Shown in pieces: positions 50,301-64,000 of a stretch of 64,000 nt of DNA; within the stretch, counting starts at the first letter, position 1; every line of letters starts with the position of its first letter. This DNA is from Thalia democratica (lineage: Eukaryota). Location of the stretch: NCBI GenBank assembly GCA_965202585.1, contig OZ241828.1, positions 87,358,001 to 87,422,000 of the forward strand, written 5' to 3'. The notes under the pieces were generated by a model, which did not search any database, had not been told where the DNA came from, and saw only the letters and a list, made by a program, of their open reading frames with translations. Both the position numbers and the translations under genes were made by a program.

Positions 50301-53300
50301 CACCAATCTTTTATGTTTGTATATAACTATAGATTGTTATGGTTCATACCTGTTATTTTTTATAATATTCAAAACTTATTATACTTTTATGATAAACATG
50401 TTTTGAATTGACTGTGTAGCTAAATAAATTTAATCATTTTAAGCAATTTGTTGTCATTTAAATTTTGTGTTCAGAGTTGGAATTGAACAGCCTGGCAGAG
50501 AAATTGAAGGGCACAGATTTAGGAGATTTTGTTCTGGTTGTTTGAACTTTTAACTTAATTTTGAACTAAAAGTAGACCCAAAATGTGTAGCTTTAAAAAC
50601 CTGAAAGATATTTGAAAAACCTGGAAAAATTTTTGAAAAGATGAGTTGCATTCTTGCAAGTAGTACAGGGGGCAAAGCAACATGAACTACACAAATCTTT
50701 TATATTGATCACATACATAATTTTAATTTTTTAATCTGAAGTATATATATTTGCTTATGTTGGATATATATAATTTCACAATTATAAACTGCACTAAAAC
50801 CTGACATATAAGTTTTTAATTTATACTAGTATATACCTCTTCAATTAACTTTTAACACAATATTATTATGTAGAAAGATTGTTTAAGCACAAGAAAGATA
50901 TTTTACATAAATTAAACAAAATACTATAATATAAATAAATATTTTTTCAGGGAATATTGGGCTTCGAAATTTCCGTAATTTTCCAGGGAATATTGGAAAT
51001 CGGTTTCTCCTCATTGTCCGTTTTTTTATAAGGATGAAGAGGAATGGAGGGAAGCGCACTTGTTTAAAATTTTACCGATTTAATGAAGTTTTGCTTCGTG
51101 AAATGTTTCGTTTTTTATGTCAGCATATGTTTACACGTAGATTCAAGATAATATGGTATTTAGTGTTGTTTTCAGTATTTATTACAATTTAGAACATAAA
51201 AAAATTATGAAATACCATTTTCAATGCTGGTTGTGTTTACAATCTTAAATATGTGGTCTTCAAGTAGCTAAAATTGATTTTCACTTACTAGTAGGTTACT
51301 ATAGTTACAAATGTTGTTCTTACTGTAAATTAACTACATTTAAACAGTAATACGGTTTTGCTGTACAGCTTTAATGGAATTTGTCGAATTTTCGAAAACC
51401 AAACGACTTACGTTGTCAACACAAGCAAGTTAAAATATGCAAATTTTTGCAACATAAAATTGAATAATTTTGTGCAAAAACCTATGGCACAGAATTTTTG
51501 CAATAAAAAGTAAAATAACTGTAAAAAAACTTCATACTGTTATTTCTACATGACTTTTATCATTTGCTAATATACTTTTACACAAAATTTAGTGAAAGAA
51601 TTGTGAAAAACAAGCAAAAACTAAGAAAACTGTTGAAAAATCACATGTGGCCTAACAAAGTGGAAAATTGAACATAAAGTGATCATTATAACAAATTGTG
51701 TTCACTTAAATGCACTAAAAATACTCAGCTATTGCTTACATTGCCATTGCACTGCTTTCTATAAACTGTTTGGGTTGCCTTTGAAAACTGATAAAATCAT
51801 GCACTCATGCTTTTCTGCCCTTTTTGTCAAATGGCCCAAAAAACCACGGTCTTTTTTATTGAATTTTGTTTGAAACTGTTCTATCAACAAGCTATAATCG
51901 GTATACGTGTTTTGAACTACACCAATCTTTTATGTTTGTATATAACTATAGATTGTTATGGTTCATACCTGTTATTTTTTATAATATTCAAAACTTATTA
52001 TACTTTTATGATAAACATGTTTTGAATTGACTGTGTAGCTAAATAAATTTAATCATTTTAAGCAATTTGTTGTCATTTAAATTTTGTGTTCAGAGTTGGA
52101 ATTGAACAGCCTGGCAGAGAAATTGAAGGGCACAGATTTAGGAGATTTTGTTCTGGTTGTTTGAACTTTTAACTTAATTTTGAACTAAAAGTAGACCCAA
52201 AATGTGTAGCTTTAAAAACCTGAAAGATATTTGAAAAACCTGGAAAAATTTTTGAAAAGATGAGTTGCATTCTTGCAAGTAGTACAGGGGGCAAAGCAAC
52301 ATGAACTACACAAATCTTTTATATTGATCACATACATAATTTTAATTTTTTAATCTGAAGTATATATATTTGCTTATGTTGGATATATATAATTTCACAA
52401 TTATAAACTGCACTAAAACCTGACATATAAGTTTTTAATTTATACTAGTATATACCTCTTCAATTAACTTTTAACACAATATTATTATGTAGAAAGATTG
52501 TTTAAGCACAAGAAAGATATTTTACATAAATTAAACAAAATACTATAATATAAATAAATATTTTTTCAGGGAATATTGGGCTTCGAAATTTCCGTAATTT
52601 TCCAGGGAATATTGGAAATCGGTTTCTCCTCATTGTCCGTTTTTTTATAAGGATGAAGAGGAATGGAGGGAAGCGCACTTGTTTAAAATTTTACCGATTT
52701 AATGAAGTTTTGCTTCGTGAAATGTTTCGTTTTTTATGTCAGCATATGTTTACACGTAGATTCAAGATAATATGGTATTTAGTGTTGTTTTCAGTATTTA
52801 TTACAATTTAGAACATAAAAAAATTATGAAATACCATTTTTAATACTGGTTGTGTTTACAATCTTAAATATGTGGTCTTCAAGTAGCTAAAATTGATTTT
52901 CACTTACTAGTAGGTTACTATAGTTACAAATGTTGTTCTTACTGTAAATTAACTACATTTAAACAGTAATACGGTTTTGCTGTACAGCTTTAATGGAATT
53001 TGTCGAATTTTCGAAAACCAAACGACTTACGTTGTCAACACAAGCAAGTTAAAATATGCAAATTTTTGCAACATAAAATTGAATAATTTTGTGCAAAAAC
53101 CTATGGCACAGAATTTTTGCAATAAAAAGTAAAATAACTGTAAAAAAACTTCATACTGTTATTTCTACATGACTTTTATCATTTGCTAATATACTTTTAC
53201 ACAAAATTTAGTGAAAGAATTGTGAAAAACAAGCAAAAACTAAGAAAACTGTTGAAAAATCACATGTGGCCTAACAAAGTGGAAAATTGAACATAAAGTG

Positions 53301-56300
53301 ATCATTATAACAAATTGTGTTCACTTAAATGCACTAAAAATACTCAGCTATTGCTTACATTGCCATTGCACTGCTTTCTATAAACTGTTTGGGTTGCCTT
53401 TGAAAACTGATAAAATCATGCACTCATGCTTTTCTGCCCTTTTTGTCAAATGGCCCAAAAAACCACGGTCTTTTTTATTGAATTTTGTTTGAAACTGTTC
53501 TATCAACAAGCTATAATCGGTATACGTGTTTTGAACTACACCAATCTTTTATGTTTGTATATAACTATAGATTGTTATGGTTCATACCTGTTATTTTTTA
53601 TAATATTCAAAACTTATTATACTTTTATGATAAACATGTTTTGAATTGACTGTGTAGCTAAATAAATTTAATCATTTTAAGCAATTTGTTGTCATTTAAA
53701 TTTTGTGTTCAGAGTTGGAATTGAACAGCCTGGCAGAGAAATTGAAGGGCACAGATTTAGGAGATTTTGTTCTGGTTGTTTGAACTTTTAACTTAATTTT
53801 GAACTAAAAGTAGACCCAAAATGTGTAGCTTTAAAAACCTGAAAGATATTTGAAAAACCTGGAAAAATTTTTGAAAAGATGAGTTGCATTCTTGCAAGTA
53901 GTACAGGGGGCAAAGCAACATGAACTACACAAATCTTTTATATTGATCACATACATAATTTTAATTTTTTAATCTGAAGTATATATATTTGCTTATGTTG
54001 GATATATATAATTTCACAATTATAAACTGCACTAAAACCTGACATATAAGTTTTTAATTTATACTAGTATATACCTCTTCAATTAACTTTTAACACAATA
54101 TTATTATGTAGAAAGATTGTTTAAGCACAAGAAAGATATTTTACATAAATTAAACAAAATACTATAATATAAATAAATATTTTTTCAGGGAATATTGGGC
54201 TTCGAAATTTCCGTAATTTTCCAGGGAATATTGGAAATCGGTTTCTCCTCATTGTCCGTTTTTTTATAAGGATGAAGAGGAATGGAGGGAAGCGCACTTG
54301 TTTAAAATTTTACCGATTTAATGAAGTTTTGCTTCGTGAAATGTTTCGTTTTTTATGTCAGCATATGTTTACACGTAGATTCAAGATAATATGGTATTTA
54401 GTGTTGTTTTCAGTATTTATTACAATTTAGAACATAAAAAAATTATGAAATACCATTTTTAATACTGGTTGTGTTTACAATCTTAAATATGTGGTCTTCA
54501 AGTAGCTAAAATTGATTTTCACTTACTAGTAGGTTACTATAGTTACAAATGTTGTTCTTACTGTAAATTAACTACATTTAAACAGTAATACGGTTTTGCT
54601 GTACAGCTTTAATGGAATTTGTCGAATTTTCGAAAACCAAACGACTTACGTTGTCAACACAAGCAAGTTAAAATATGCAAATTTTTGCAACATAAAATTG
54701 AATAATTTTGTGCAAAAACCTATGGCACAGAATTTTTGCAATAAAAAGTAAAATAACTGTAAAAAAACTTCATACTGTTATTTCTACATGACTTTTATCA
54801 TTTGCTAATATACTTTTACACAAAATTTAGTGAAAGAATTGTGAAAAACAAGCAAAAACTAAGAAAACTGTTGAAAAATCACATGTGGCCTAACAAAGTG
54901 GAAAATTGAACATAAAGTGATCATTATAACAAATTGTGTTCACTTAAATGCACTAAAAATACTCAGCTATTGCTTACATTGCCATTGCACTGCTTTCTAT
55001 AAACTGTTTGGGTTGCCTTTGAAAACTGATAAAATCATGCACTCATGCTTTTCTGCCCTTTTTGTCAAATGGCCCAAAAAACCACGGTCTTTTTTATTGA
55101 ATTTTGTTTGAAACTGTTCTATCAACAAGCTATAATCGGTATACGTGTTTTGAACTACACCAATCTTTTATGTTTGTATATAACTATAGATTGTTATGGT
55201 TCATACCTGTTATTTTTTATAATATTCAAAACTTATTATACTTTTATGATAAACATGTTTTGAATTGACTGTGTAGCTAAATAAATTTAATCATTTTAAG
55301 CAATTTGTTGTCATTTAAATTTTGTGTTCAGAGTTGGAATTGAACAGCCTGGCAGAGAAATTGAAGGGCACAGATTTAGGAGATTTTGTTCTGGTTGTTT
55401 GAACTTTTAACTTAATTTTGAACTAAAAGTAGACCCAAAATGTGTAGCTTTAAAAACCTGAAAGATATTTGAAAAACCTGGAAAAATTTTTGAAAAGATG
55501 AGTTGCATTCTTGCAAGTAGTACAGGGGGCAAAGCAACATGAACTACACAAATCTTTTATATTGATCACATACATAATTTTAATTTTTTAATCTGAAGTA
55601 TATATATTTGCTTATGTTGGATATATATAATTTCACAATTATAAACTGCACTAAAACCTGACATATAAGTTTTTAATTTATACTAGTATATACCTCTTCA
55701 ATTAACTTTTAACACAATATTATTATGTAGAAAGATTGTTTAAGCACAAGAAAGATATTTTACATAAATTAAACAAAATACTATAATATAAATAAATATT
55801 TTTTCAGGGAATATTGGGCTTCGAAATTTCCGTAATTTTCCAGGGAATATTGGAAATCGGTTTCTCCTCATTGTCCGTTTTTTTATAAGGATGAAGAGGA
55901 ATGGAGGGAAGCGCACTTGTTTAAAATTTTACCGATTTAATGAAGTTTTGCTTCGTGAAATGTTTCGTTTTTTATGTCAGCATATGTTTACACGTAGATT
56001 CAAGATAATATGGTATTTAGTGTTGTTTTCAGTATTTATTACAATTTAGAACATAAAAAAATTATGAAATACCATTTTTAATACTGGTTGTGTTTACAAT
56101 CTTAAATATGTGGTCTTCAAGTAGCTAAAATTGATTTTCACTTACTAGTAGGTTACTATAGTTACAAATGTTGTTCTTACTGTAAATTAACTACATTTAA
56201 ACAGTAATACGGTTTTGCTGTACAGCTTTAATGGAATTTGTCGAATTTTCGAAAACCAAACGACTTACGTTGTCAACACAAGCAAGTTAAAATATGCAAA

Positions 56301-59300
56301 TTTTTGCAACATAAAATTGAATAATTTTGTGCAAAAACCTATGGCACAGAATTTTTGCAATAAAAAGTAAAATAACTGTAAAAAAACTTCATACTGTTAT
56401 TTCTACATGACTTTTATCATTTGCTAATATACTTTTACACAAAATTTAGTGAAAGAATTGTGAAAAACAAGCAAAAACTAAGAAAACTGTTGAAAAATCA
56501 CATGTGGCCTAACAAAGTGGAAAATTGAACATAAAGTGATCATTATAACAAATTGTGTTCACTTAAATGCACTAAAAATACTCAGCTATTGCTTACATTG
56601 CCATTGCACTGCTTTCTATAAACTGTTTGGGTTGCCTTTGAAAACTGATAAAATCATGCACTCATGCTTTTCTGCCCTTTTTGTCAAATGGCCCAAAAAA
56701 CCACGGTCTTTTTTATTGAATTTTGTTTGAAACTGTTCTATCAACAAGCTATAATCGGTATACGTGTTTTGAACTACACCAATCTTTTATGTTTGTATAT
56801 AACTATAGATTGTTATGGTTCATACCTGTTATTTTTTATAATATTCAAAACTTATTATACTTTTATGATAAACATGTTTTGAATTGACTGTGTAGCTAAA
56901 TAAATTTAATCATTTTAAGCAATTTGTTGTCATTTAAATTTTGTGTTCAGAGTTGGAATTGAACAGCCTGGCAGAGAAATTGAAGGGCACAGATTTAGGA
57001 GATTTTGTTCTGGTTGTTTGAACTTTTAACTTAATTTTGAACTAAAAGTAGACCCAAAATGTGTAGCTTTAAAAACCTGAAAGATATTTGAAAAACCTGG
57101 AAAAATTTTTGAAAAGATGAGTTGCATTCTTGCAAGTAGTACAGGGGGCAAAGCAACATGAACTACACAAATCTTTTATATTGATCACATACATAATTTT
57201 AATTTTTTAATCTGAAGTATATATATTTGCTTATGTTGGATATATATAATTTCACAATTATAAACTGCACTAAAACCTGACATATAAGTTTTTAATTTAT
57301 ACTAGTATATACCTCTTCAATTAACTTTTAACACAATATTATTATGTAGAAAGATTGTTTAAGCACAAGAAAGATATTTTACATAAATTAAACAAAATAC
57401 TATAATATAAATAAATATTTTTTCAGGGAATATTGGGCTTCGAAATTTCCGTAATTTTCCAGGGAATATTGGAAATCGGTTTCTCCTCATTGTCCGTTTT
57501 TTTATAAGGATGAAGAGGAATGGAGGGAAGCGCACTTGTTTAAAATTTTACCGATTTAATGAAGTTTTGCTTCGTGAAATGTTTCGTTTTTTATGTCAGC
57601 ATATGTTTACACGTAGATTCAAGATAATATGGTATTTAGTGTTGTTTTCAGTATTTATTACAATTTAGAACATAAAAAAATTATGAAATACCATTTTTAA
57701 TACTGGTTGTGTTTACAATCTTAAATATGTGGTCTTCAAGTAGCTAAAATTGATTTTCACTTACTAGTAGGTTACTATAGTTACAAATGTTGTTCTTACT
57801 GTAAATTAACTACATTTAAACAGTAATACGGTTTTGCTGTACAGCTTTAATGGAATTTGTCGAATTTTCGAAAACCAAACGACTTACGTTGTCAACACAA
57901 GCAAGTTAAAATATGCAAATTTTTGCAACATAAAATTGAATAATTTTGTGCAAAAACCTATGGCACAGAATTTTTGCAATAAAAAGTAAAATAACTGTAA
58001 AAAAACTTCATACTGTTATTTCTACATGACTTTTATCATTTGCTAATATACTTTTACACAAAATTTAGTGAAAGAATTGTGAAAAACAAGCAAAAACTAA
58101 GAAAACTGTTGAAAAATCACATGTGGCCTAACAAAGTGGAAAATTGAACATAAAGTGATCATTATAACAAATTGTGTTCACTTAAATGCACTAAAAATAC
58201 TCAGCTATTGCTTACATTGCCATTGCACTGCTTTCTATAAACTGTTTGGGTTGCCTTTGAAAACTGATAAAATCATGCACTCATGCTTTTCTGCCCTTTT
58301 TGTCAAATGGCCCAAAAAACCACGGTCTTTTTTATTGAATTTTGTTTGAAACTGTTCTATCAACAAGCTATAATCGGTATACGTGTTTTGAACTACACCA
58401 ATCTTTTATGTTTGTATATAACTATAGATTGTTATGGTTCATACCTGTTATTTTTTATAATATTCAAAACTTATTATACTTTTATGATAAACATGTTTTG
58501 AATTGACTGTGTAGCTAAATAAATTTAATCATTTTAAGCAATTTGTTGTCATTTAAATTTTGTGTTCAGAGTTGGAATTGAACAGCCTGGCAGAGAAATT
58601 GAAGGGCACAGATTTAGGAGATTTTGTTCTGGTTGTTTGAACTTTTAACTTAATTTTGAACTAAAAGTAGACCCAAAATGTGTAGCTTTAAAAACCTGAA
58701 AGATATTTGAAAAACCTGGAAAAATTTTTGAAAAGATGAGTTGCATTCTTGCAAGTAGTACAGGGGGCAAAGCAACATGAACTACACAAATCTTTTATAT
58801 TGATCACATACATAATTTTAATTTTTTAATCTGAAGTATATATATTTGCTTATGTTGGATATATATAATTTCACAATTATAAACTGCACTAAAACCTGAC
58901 ATATAAGTTTTTAATTTATACTAGTATATACCTCTTCAATTAACTTTTAACACAATATTATTATGTAGAAAGATTGTTTAAGCACAAGAAAGATATTTTA
59001 CATAAATTAAACAAAATACTATAATATAAATAAATATTTTTTCAGGGAATATTGGGCTTCGAAATTTCCGTAATTTTCCAGGGAATATTGGAAATCGGTT
59101 TCTCCTCATTGTCCGTTTTTTTATAAGGATGAAGAGGAATGGAGGGAAGCGCACTTGTTTAAAATTTTACCGATTTAATGAAGTTTTGCTTCGTGAAATG
59201 TTTCGTTTTTTATGTCAGCATATGTTTACACGTAGATTCAAGATAATATGGTATTTAGTGTTGTTTTCAGTATTTATTACAATTTAGAACATAAAAAAAT

Positions 59301-60265
59301 TATGAAATACCATTTTTAATACTGGTTGTGTTTACAATCTTAAATATGTGGTCTTCAAGTAGCTAAAATTGATTTTCACTTACTAGTAGGTTACTATAGT
59401 TACAAATGTTGTTCTTACTGTAAATTAACTACATTTAAACAGTAATACGGTTTTGCTGTACAGCTTTAATGGAATTTGTCGAATTTTCGAAAACCAAACG
59501 ACTTACGTTGTCAACACAAGCAAGTTAAAATATGCAAATTTTTGCAACATAAAATTGAATAATTTTGTGCAAAAACCTATGGCACAGAATTTTTGCAATA
59601 AAAAGTAAAATAACTGTAAAAAAACTTCATACTGTTATTTCTACATGACTTTTATCATTTGCTAATATACTTTTACACAAAATTTAGTGAAAGAATTGTG
59701 AAAAACAAGCAAAAACTAAGAAAACTGTTGAAAAATCACATGTGGCCTAACAAAGTGGAAAATTGAACATAAAGTGATCATTATAACAAATTGTGTTCAC
59801 TTAAATGCACTAAAAATACTCAGCTATTGCTTACATTGCCATTGCACTGCTTTCTATAAACTGTTTGGGTTGCCTTTGAAAACTGATAAAATCATGCACT
59901 CATGCTTTTCTGCCCTTTTTGTCAAATGGCCCAAAAAACCACGGTCTTTTTTATTGAATTTTGTTTGAAACTGTTCTATCAACAAGCTATAATCGGTATA
60001 CGTGTTTTGAACTACACCAATCTTTTATGTTTGTATATAACTATAGATTGTTATGGTTCATACCTGTTATTTTTTATAATATTCAAAACTTATTATACTT
60101 TTATGATAAACATGTTTTGAATTGACTGTGTAGCTAAATAAATTTAATCATTTTAAGCAATTTGTTGTCATTTAAATTTTGTGTTCAGAGTTGGAATTGA
60201 ACAGCCTGGCAGAGAAATTGAAGGGCACAGATTTAGGAGATTTTGTTCTGGTTGTTTGAACTTTT
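47314..60265 (+). repeat. Eight S units (U25-U32)
   Basis: 8 x 1619 = 12952 bp. Confidence 0.93.
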
Positions 60266-62241
60266 AACTTAATTTTGAACTAAAAGTAGACCCAAAATGT
60301 GTAGCTTTAAAAACCTGAAAGATATTTGAAAAACCTGGAAAAATTTTTGAAAAGATGAGTTGCATTCTTGCAAGTAGTACAGGGGGCAAAGCAACATGAA
60401 CTACACAAATCTTTTATATTGATCACATACATAATTTTAATTTTTTAATCTGAAGTATATATATTTGCTTATGTTGGATATATATAATTTCACAATTATA
60501 AACTGCACTAAAACCTGACATATAAGTTTTTAATTTATACTAGTATATACCTCTTCAATTAACTTTTAACACAATATTATTATGTAGAAAGATTGTTTAA
60601 GCACAAGAAAGATATTTTACATAAATTAAACAAAATACTATAATATAAATAAATATTTTTTCAGGGAATATTGGGCTTCGAAATTTCCGTAATTTTCCAG
60701 GGAATATTGGAAATCGGTTTCTCCTCATTGTCCGTTTTTTTATAAGGATGAAGAGGAATGGAGGGAAGCGCACTTGTTTAAAATTTTACCGATTTAATGA
60801 AGTTTTGCTTCGTGAAATGTTTCGTTTTTTATGTCAGCATATGTTTACACGTAGATTCAAGATAATATGGTATTTAGTGTTGTTTTCAGTATTTATTACA
60901 ATTTAGAACATAAAAAAATTATGAAATACCATTTTTAATACTGGTTGTGTTTACAATCTTAAATATGTGGTCTTCAAGTAGCTAAAATTGATTTTCACTT
61001 ACTAGTAGGTTACTATAGTTACAAATGTTGTTCTTACTGTAAATTAACTACATTTAAACAGTAATACGGTTTTGCTGTACAGCTTTAATGGAATTTGTCG
61101 AATTTTCGAAAACCAAACGACTTACGTTGTCAACACAAGCAAGTTAAAATATGCAAATTTTTGCAACATAAAATTGAATAATTTTGTGCAAAAACCTATG
61201 GCACAGAATTTTTGCAATAAAAAGTAAAATAACTGTAAAAAAACTTCATACTGTTATTTCTACATGACTTTTATCATTTGCTAATATACTTTTACACAAA
61301 ATTTAGTGAAAGAATTGTGAAAAACAAGCAAAAACTAAGAAAACTGTTGAAAAATCACATGTGGCCTAACAAAGTGGAAAATTGAACATAAAGTGATCAT
61401 TATAACAAATTGTGTTCACTTAAATGCACTAAAAATACTCAGCTATTGCTTACATTGCCATTGCACTGCTTTCTATAAACTGTTTGGGTTGCCTTTGAAA
61501 ACTGATAAAATCATGCACTCATGCTTTTCTGCCCTTTTTGTCAAATGGCCCAAAGAACCACGGCCTTTTTTATTGAATTTTGTTTGAAACTGTTCTATCA
61601 ACAAGCTATAATTGGTGTACGTGTTTTAAACTACACCAATCTTTTATATTTGTATATGACTATAGATTCTTACAGTTAATACCGTTATTATTATTATAAT
61701 GCTCCAAACTTACTAATGTTTTATGATAAAAATGTTTTGAATTGACTGTGTAGCTAAATAAATTTAATCGTTTTAATTTTATCATCTAACATTTTTTCAT
61801 TAAAAAACACATTTAAAGTAACTTTATAGCTTTTTTTAAATGATTATGTATTATTTAACACAGTTTCTTTTATAGAAACTAACTTAAAACTAAAAACTGA
61901 CTCAAAAATGTTTACTTTTAAAAACCTGGAAGAAATTTGGAAAAACTGGAAAAAAACGAGTAACAACCCTGGTAACAGCACGTGAGAAATTGTAAAAGCA
62001 TGTACGATTTGATAATCGAAAAGTTTTTTCGTACACCAGGTCCTTCGATCATACTTTTAGTGCGCTTTTTTTATCGTTCAATGCACAATACCAAAAATTC
62101 GTACACAGGGTCGCCACTTTACCTGGAATCTTGGAAAAACCCGGAATTTAGGAAATTAAAAAAAAAAACTGGAATTTTTACAATTTTCACATGCTTTTTA
62201 CAATTTTACAATTTTCAATTTAACACAGTTTTTTTACCTTA
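60266..62241 (+). repeat. Unit 33, variant type V (1976 bp)
   Basis: Replaced tail at 61770-62241. Has CGAGTAACAACC (like the left flank) and ATAATGCTCC. Confidence 0.92.
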
Positions 62242-64000
62242 AACTTAATTTTGAACTAAAAGTAGACCCAAAATGTGTAGCTTTAAAAACCTGAAAGATA
62301 TTTGAAAAACCTGGAAAAATTTTTGAAAAGATGAGTTGCATTCTTGCAAGTAGTACAGGGGGCAAAGCAACATGAACTACACAAATCTTTTATATTGATC
62401 ACATACATAATTTTAATTTTTTAATCTGAAGTATATATATTTGCTTATGTTGGATATATATAATTTCACAATTATAAACTGCACTAAAACCTGACATATA
62501 AGTTTTTAATTTATACTAGTATATACCTCTTCAATTAACTTTTAACACAATATTATTATGTAGAAAGATTGTTTAAGCACAAGAAAGATATTTTACATAA
62601 ATTAAACAAAATACTATAATATAAATAAATATTTTTTCAGGGAATATTGGGCTTCGAAATTTCCGTAATTTTCCAGGGAATATTGGAAATCGGTTTCTCC
62701 TCATTGTCCGTTTTTTTATAAGGATGAAGAGGAATGGAGGGAAGCGCACTTGTTTAAAATTTTACCGATTTAATGAAGTTTTGCTTCGTGAAATGTTTCG
62801 TTTTTTATGTCAGCATATGTTTACACGTAGATTCAAGATAATATGGTATTTAGTGTTGTTTTCAGTATTTATTACAATTTAGAACATAAAAAAATTATGA
62901 AATACCATTTTTAATACTGGTTGTGTTTACAATCTTAAATATGTGGTCTTCAAGTAGCTAAAATTGATTTTCACTTACTAGTAGGTTACTATAGTTACAA
63001 ATGTTGTTCTTACTGTAAATTAACTACATTTAAACAGTAATACGGTTTTGCTGTACAGCTTTAATGGAATTTGTCGAATTTTCGAAAACCAAACGACTTA
63101 CGTTGTCAACACAAGCAAGTTAAAATATGCAAATTTTTGCAACATAAAATTGAATAATTTTGTGCAAAAACCTATGGCACAGAATTTTTGCAATAAAAAG
63201 TAAAATAACTGTAAAAAAACTTCATACTGTTATTTCTACATGACTTTTATCATTTGCTAATATACTTTTACACAAAATTTAGTGAAAGAATTGTGAAAAA
63301 CAAGCAAAAACTAAGAAAACTGTTGAAAAATCACATGTGGCCTAACAAAGTGGAAAATTGAACATAAAGTGATCATTATAACAAATTGTGTTCACTTAAA
63401 TGCACTAAAAATACTCAGCTATTGCTTACATTGCCATTGCACTGCTTTCTATAAACTGTTTGGGTTGCCTTTGAAAACTGATAAAATCACGCACTCATGC
63501 TTTTCTGCCCTTTTTGTCAAATGGCCCAAAGAACCACGGCCTTTTTTATTGAATTTTGTTTGAAACTGTTCTATCAACAAGCTATAATTGGTGTACGTGT
63601 TTTAAACTACACCAATCTTTTATATTTGTATATGACTATAGATTCTTACAGTTAATACCGTTATTATTATTATAATGCTCCAAACTTACTAATGTTTTAT
63701 GATAAAAATGTTTTGAATTGACTGTGTAGCTAAATAAATTTAATCGTTTTAATTTTATCATCTAACATTTTTTCATTAAAAAACACATTTAAAGTAACTT
63801 TATAGCTTTTTTTAAATGATTATGTATTATTTAACACAGTTTCTTTTATAGAAACTAACTTAAAACTAAAAACTGACTCAAAAATGTTTACTTTTAAAAA
63901 CCTGGAAGAAATTTGGAAAAACTGGAAAAAAACGAGTAACAACCCTGGTAACAGCACGTGAGAAATTGTAAAAGCATGTACGATTTGATAATCGAAAAGT
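62242..64000 (+). repeat. Unit 34, variant type V, cut by the window end
   Basis: Replaced tail begins at 63746. Shares the U33 subtype alleles. Confidence 0.9.

Larger units (their letters stand above)
6838..64000 (+). repeat. Macrosatellite: 34 head-to-tail units, basic period 1619 bp, continuing beyond the window
   Basis: Marker ORFs recur at +1619, with exceptions of +2071 (around L unit U3) and +1977/+1976 (after V units). Units start at AACTTAATTTTGAACTAAAAGTAGACCC and are nearly identical apart from a few SNPs. Homology to V tails extends the left edge to about 6395. Confidence 0.97.

Noticed and set aside
6838-64000. Array as a 5S rDNA, snRNA, spliced-leader, tRNA or histone gene cluster
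   Set aside because: The unit size would fit, but I found no 5S, U1/U2/U6, tRNA A/B-box or histone sequence, nor the Hydra spliced-leader sequences as I recall them, on either strand by eye. An Infernal/Rfam scan would settle this.
6838-64000. CRISPR-like repeat-spacer system
   Set aside because: Whole 1.6-kb units are repeated, with no short repeats separated by unique spacers, no cas genes, and a eukaryotic context.
6838-64000. Tandem LTR retrotransposon or autonomous Helitron array
   Set aside because: No long ORF, TG...CA LTR pair, PBS/PPT or Rep-helicase sequence. The unit is a composite of MITE pieces and exon-like DNA.

Overview
Very AT-rich eukaryotic (animal-like) DNA with no prokaryotic genes, rRNA, tRNA or CRISPR array recognisable. 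The repeat content (Penelope-like RT relic, CAGGGTTGCCAC-ended MITEs with 6-bp target duplications) resembles a cnidarian such as Hydra; this is an inference. Bases 1-6837 are an old repeat-rich flank: a decayed Penelope-like RT fragment, two diverged copies of an old element, and about seven MITEs, one nested in another. Bases 6838-64000 are a head-to-tail macrosatellite of 34 units that runs off the right edge. It has 28 standard units (S, 1619 bp), 2 long units (L, 2071 bp; U1 and U3) and 4 variant units (V, 1976-1977 bp; U20, U24, U33 and the incomplete U34). Unit starts: 6838, 8909, 10528, 12599, then every 1619 bp to 38503, 40480, 42099, 43718, 45337, 47314, then every 1619 bp to 60266, 62242. 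Main observation: a candidate coding exon outside the array (5399/5467-5594, ending AAG|GTATTT, phase 2) splices in frame to a candidate terminal exon inside unit 1 (TTTTTTCAG|G, 7237-7366), giving ...ARKIEEARKIEEARKRKERR|EYWASKFPYFSREYWRLCGKSVFPLHPSFYKDEEEWREAHGG*. The array therefore appears to be an amplification of the last intron plus last exon of a small unidentified gene. That exon is open and followed by AATAAA only in the two L units. The other 32 copies keep the acceptor but carry a TAC>TAA stop, a 12-bp deletion and AATGAA. SNP patterns record unequal crossover and short conversion tracts between units. The repeated 64-aa and 72-aa ORFs in the supplied track are judged spurious. All alignments were done by eye; nothing was searched or computed.
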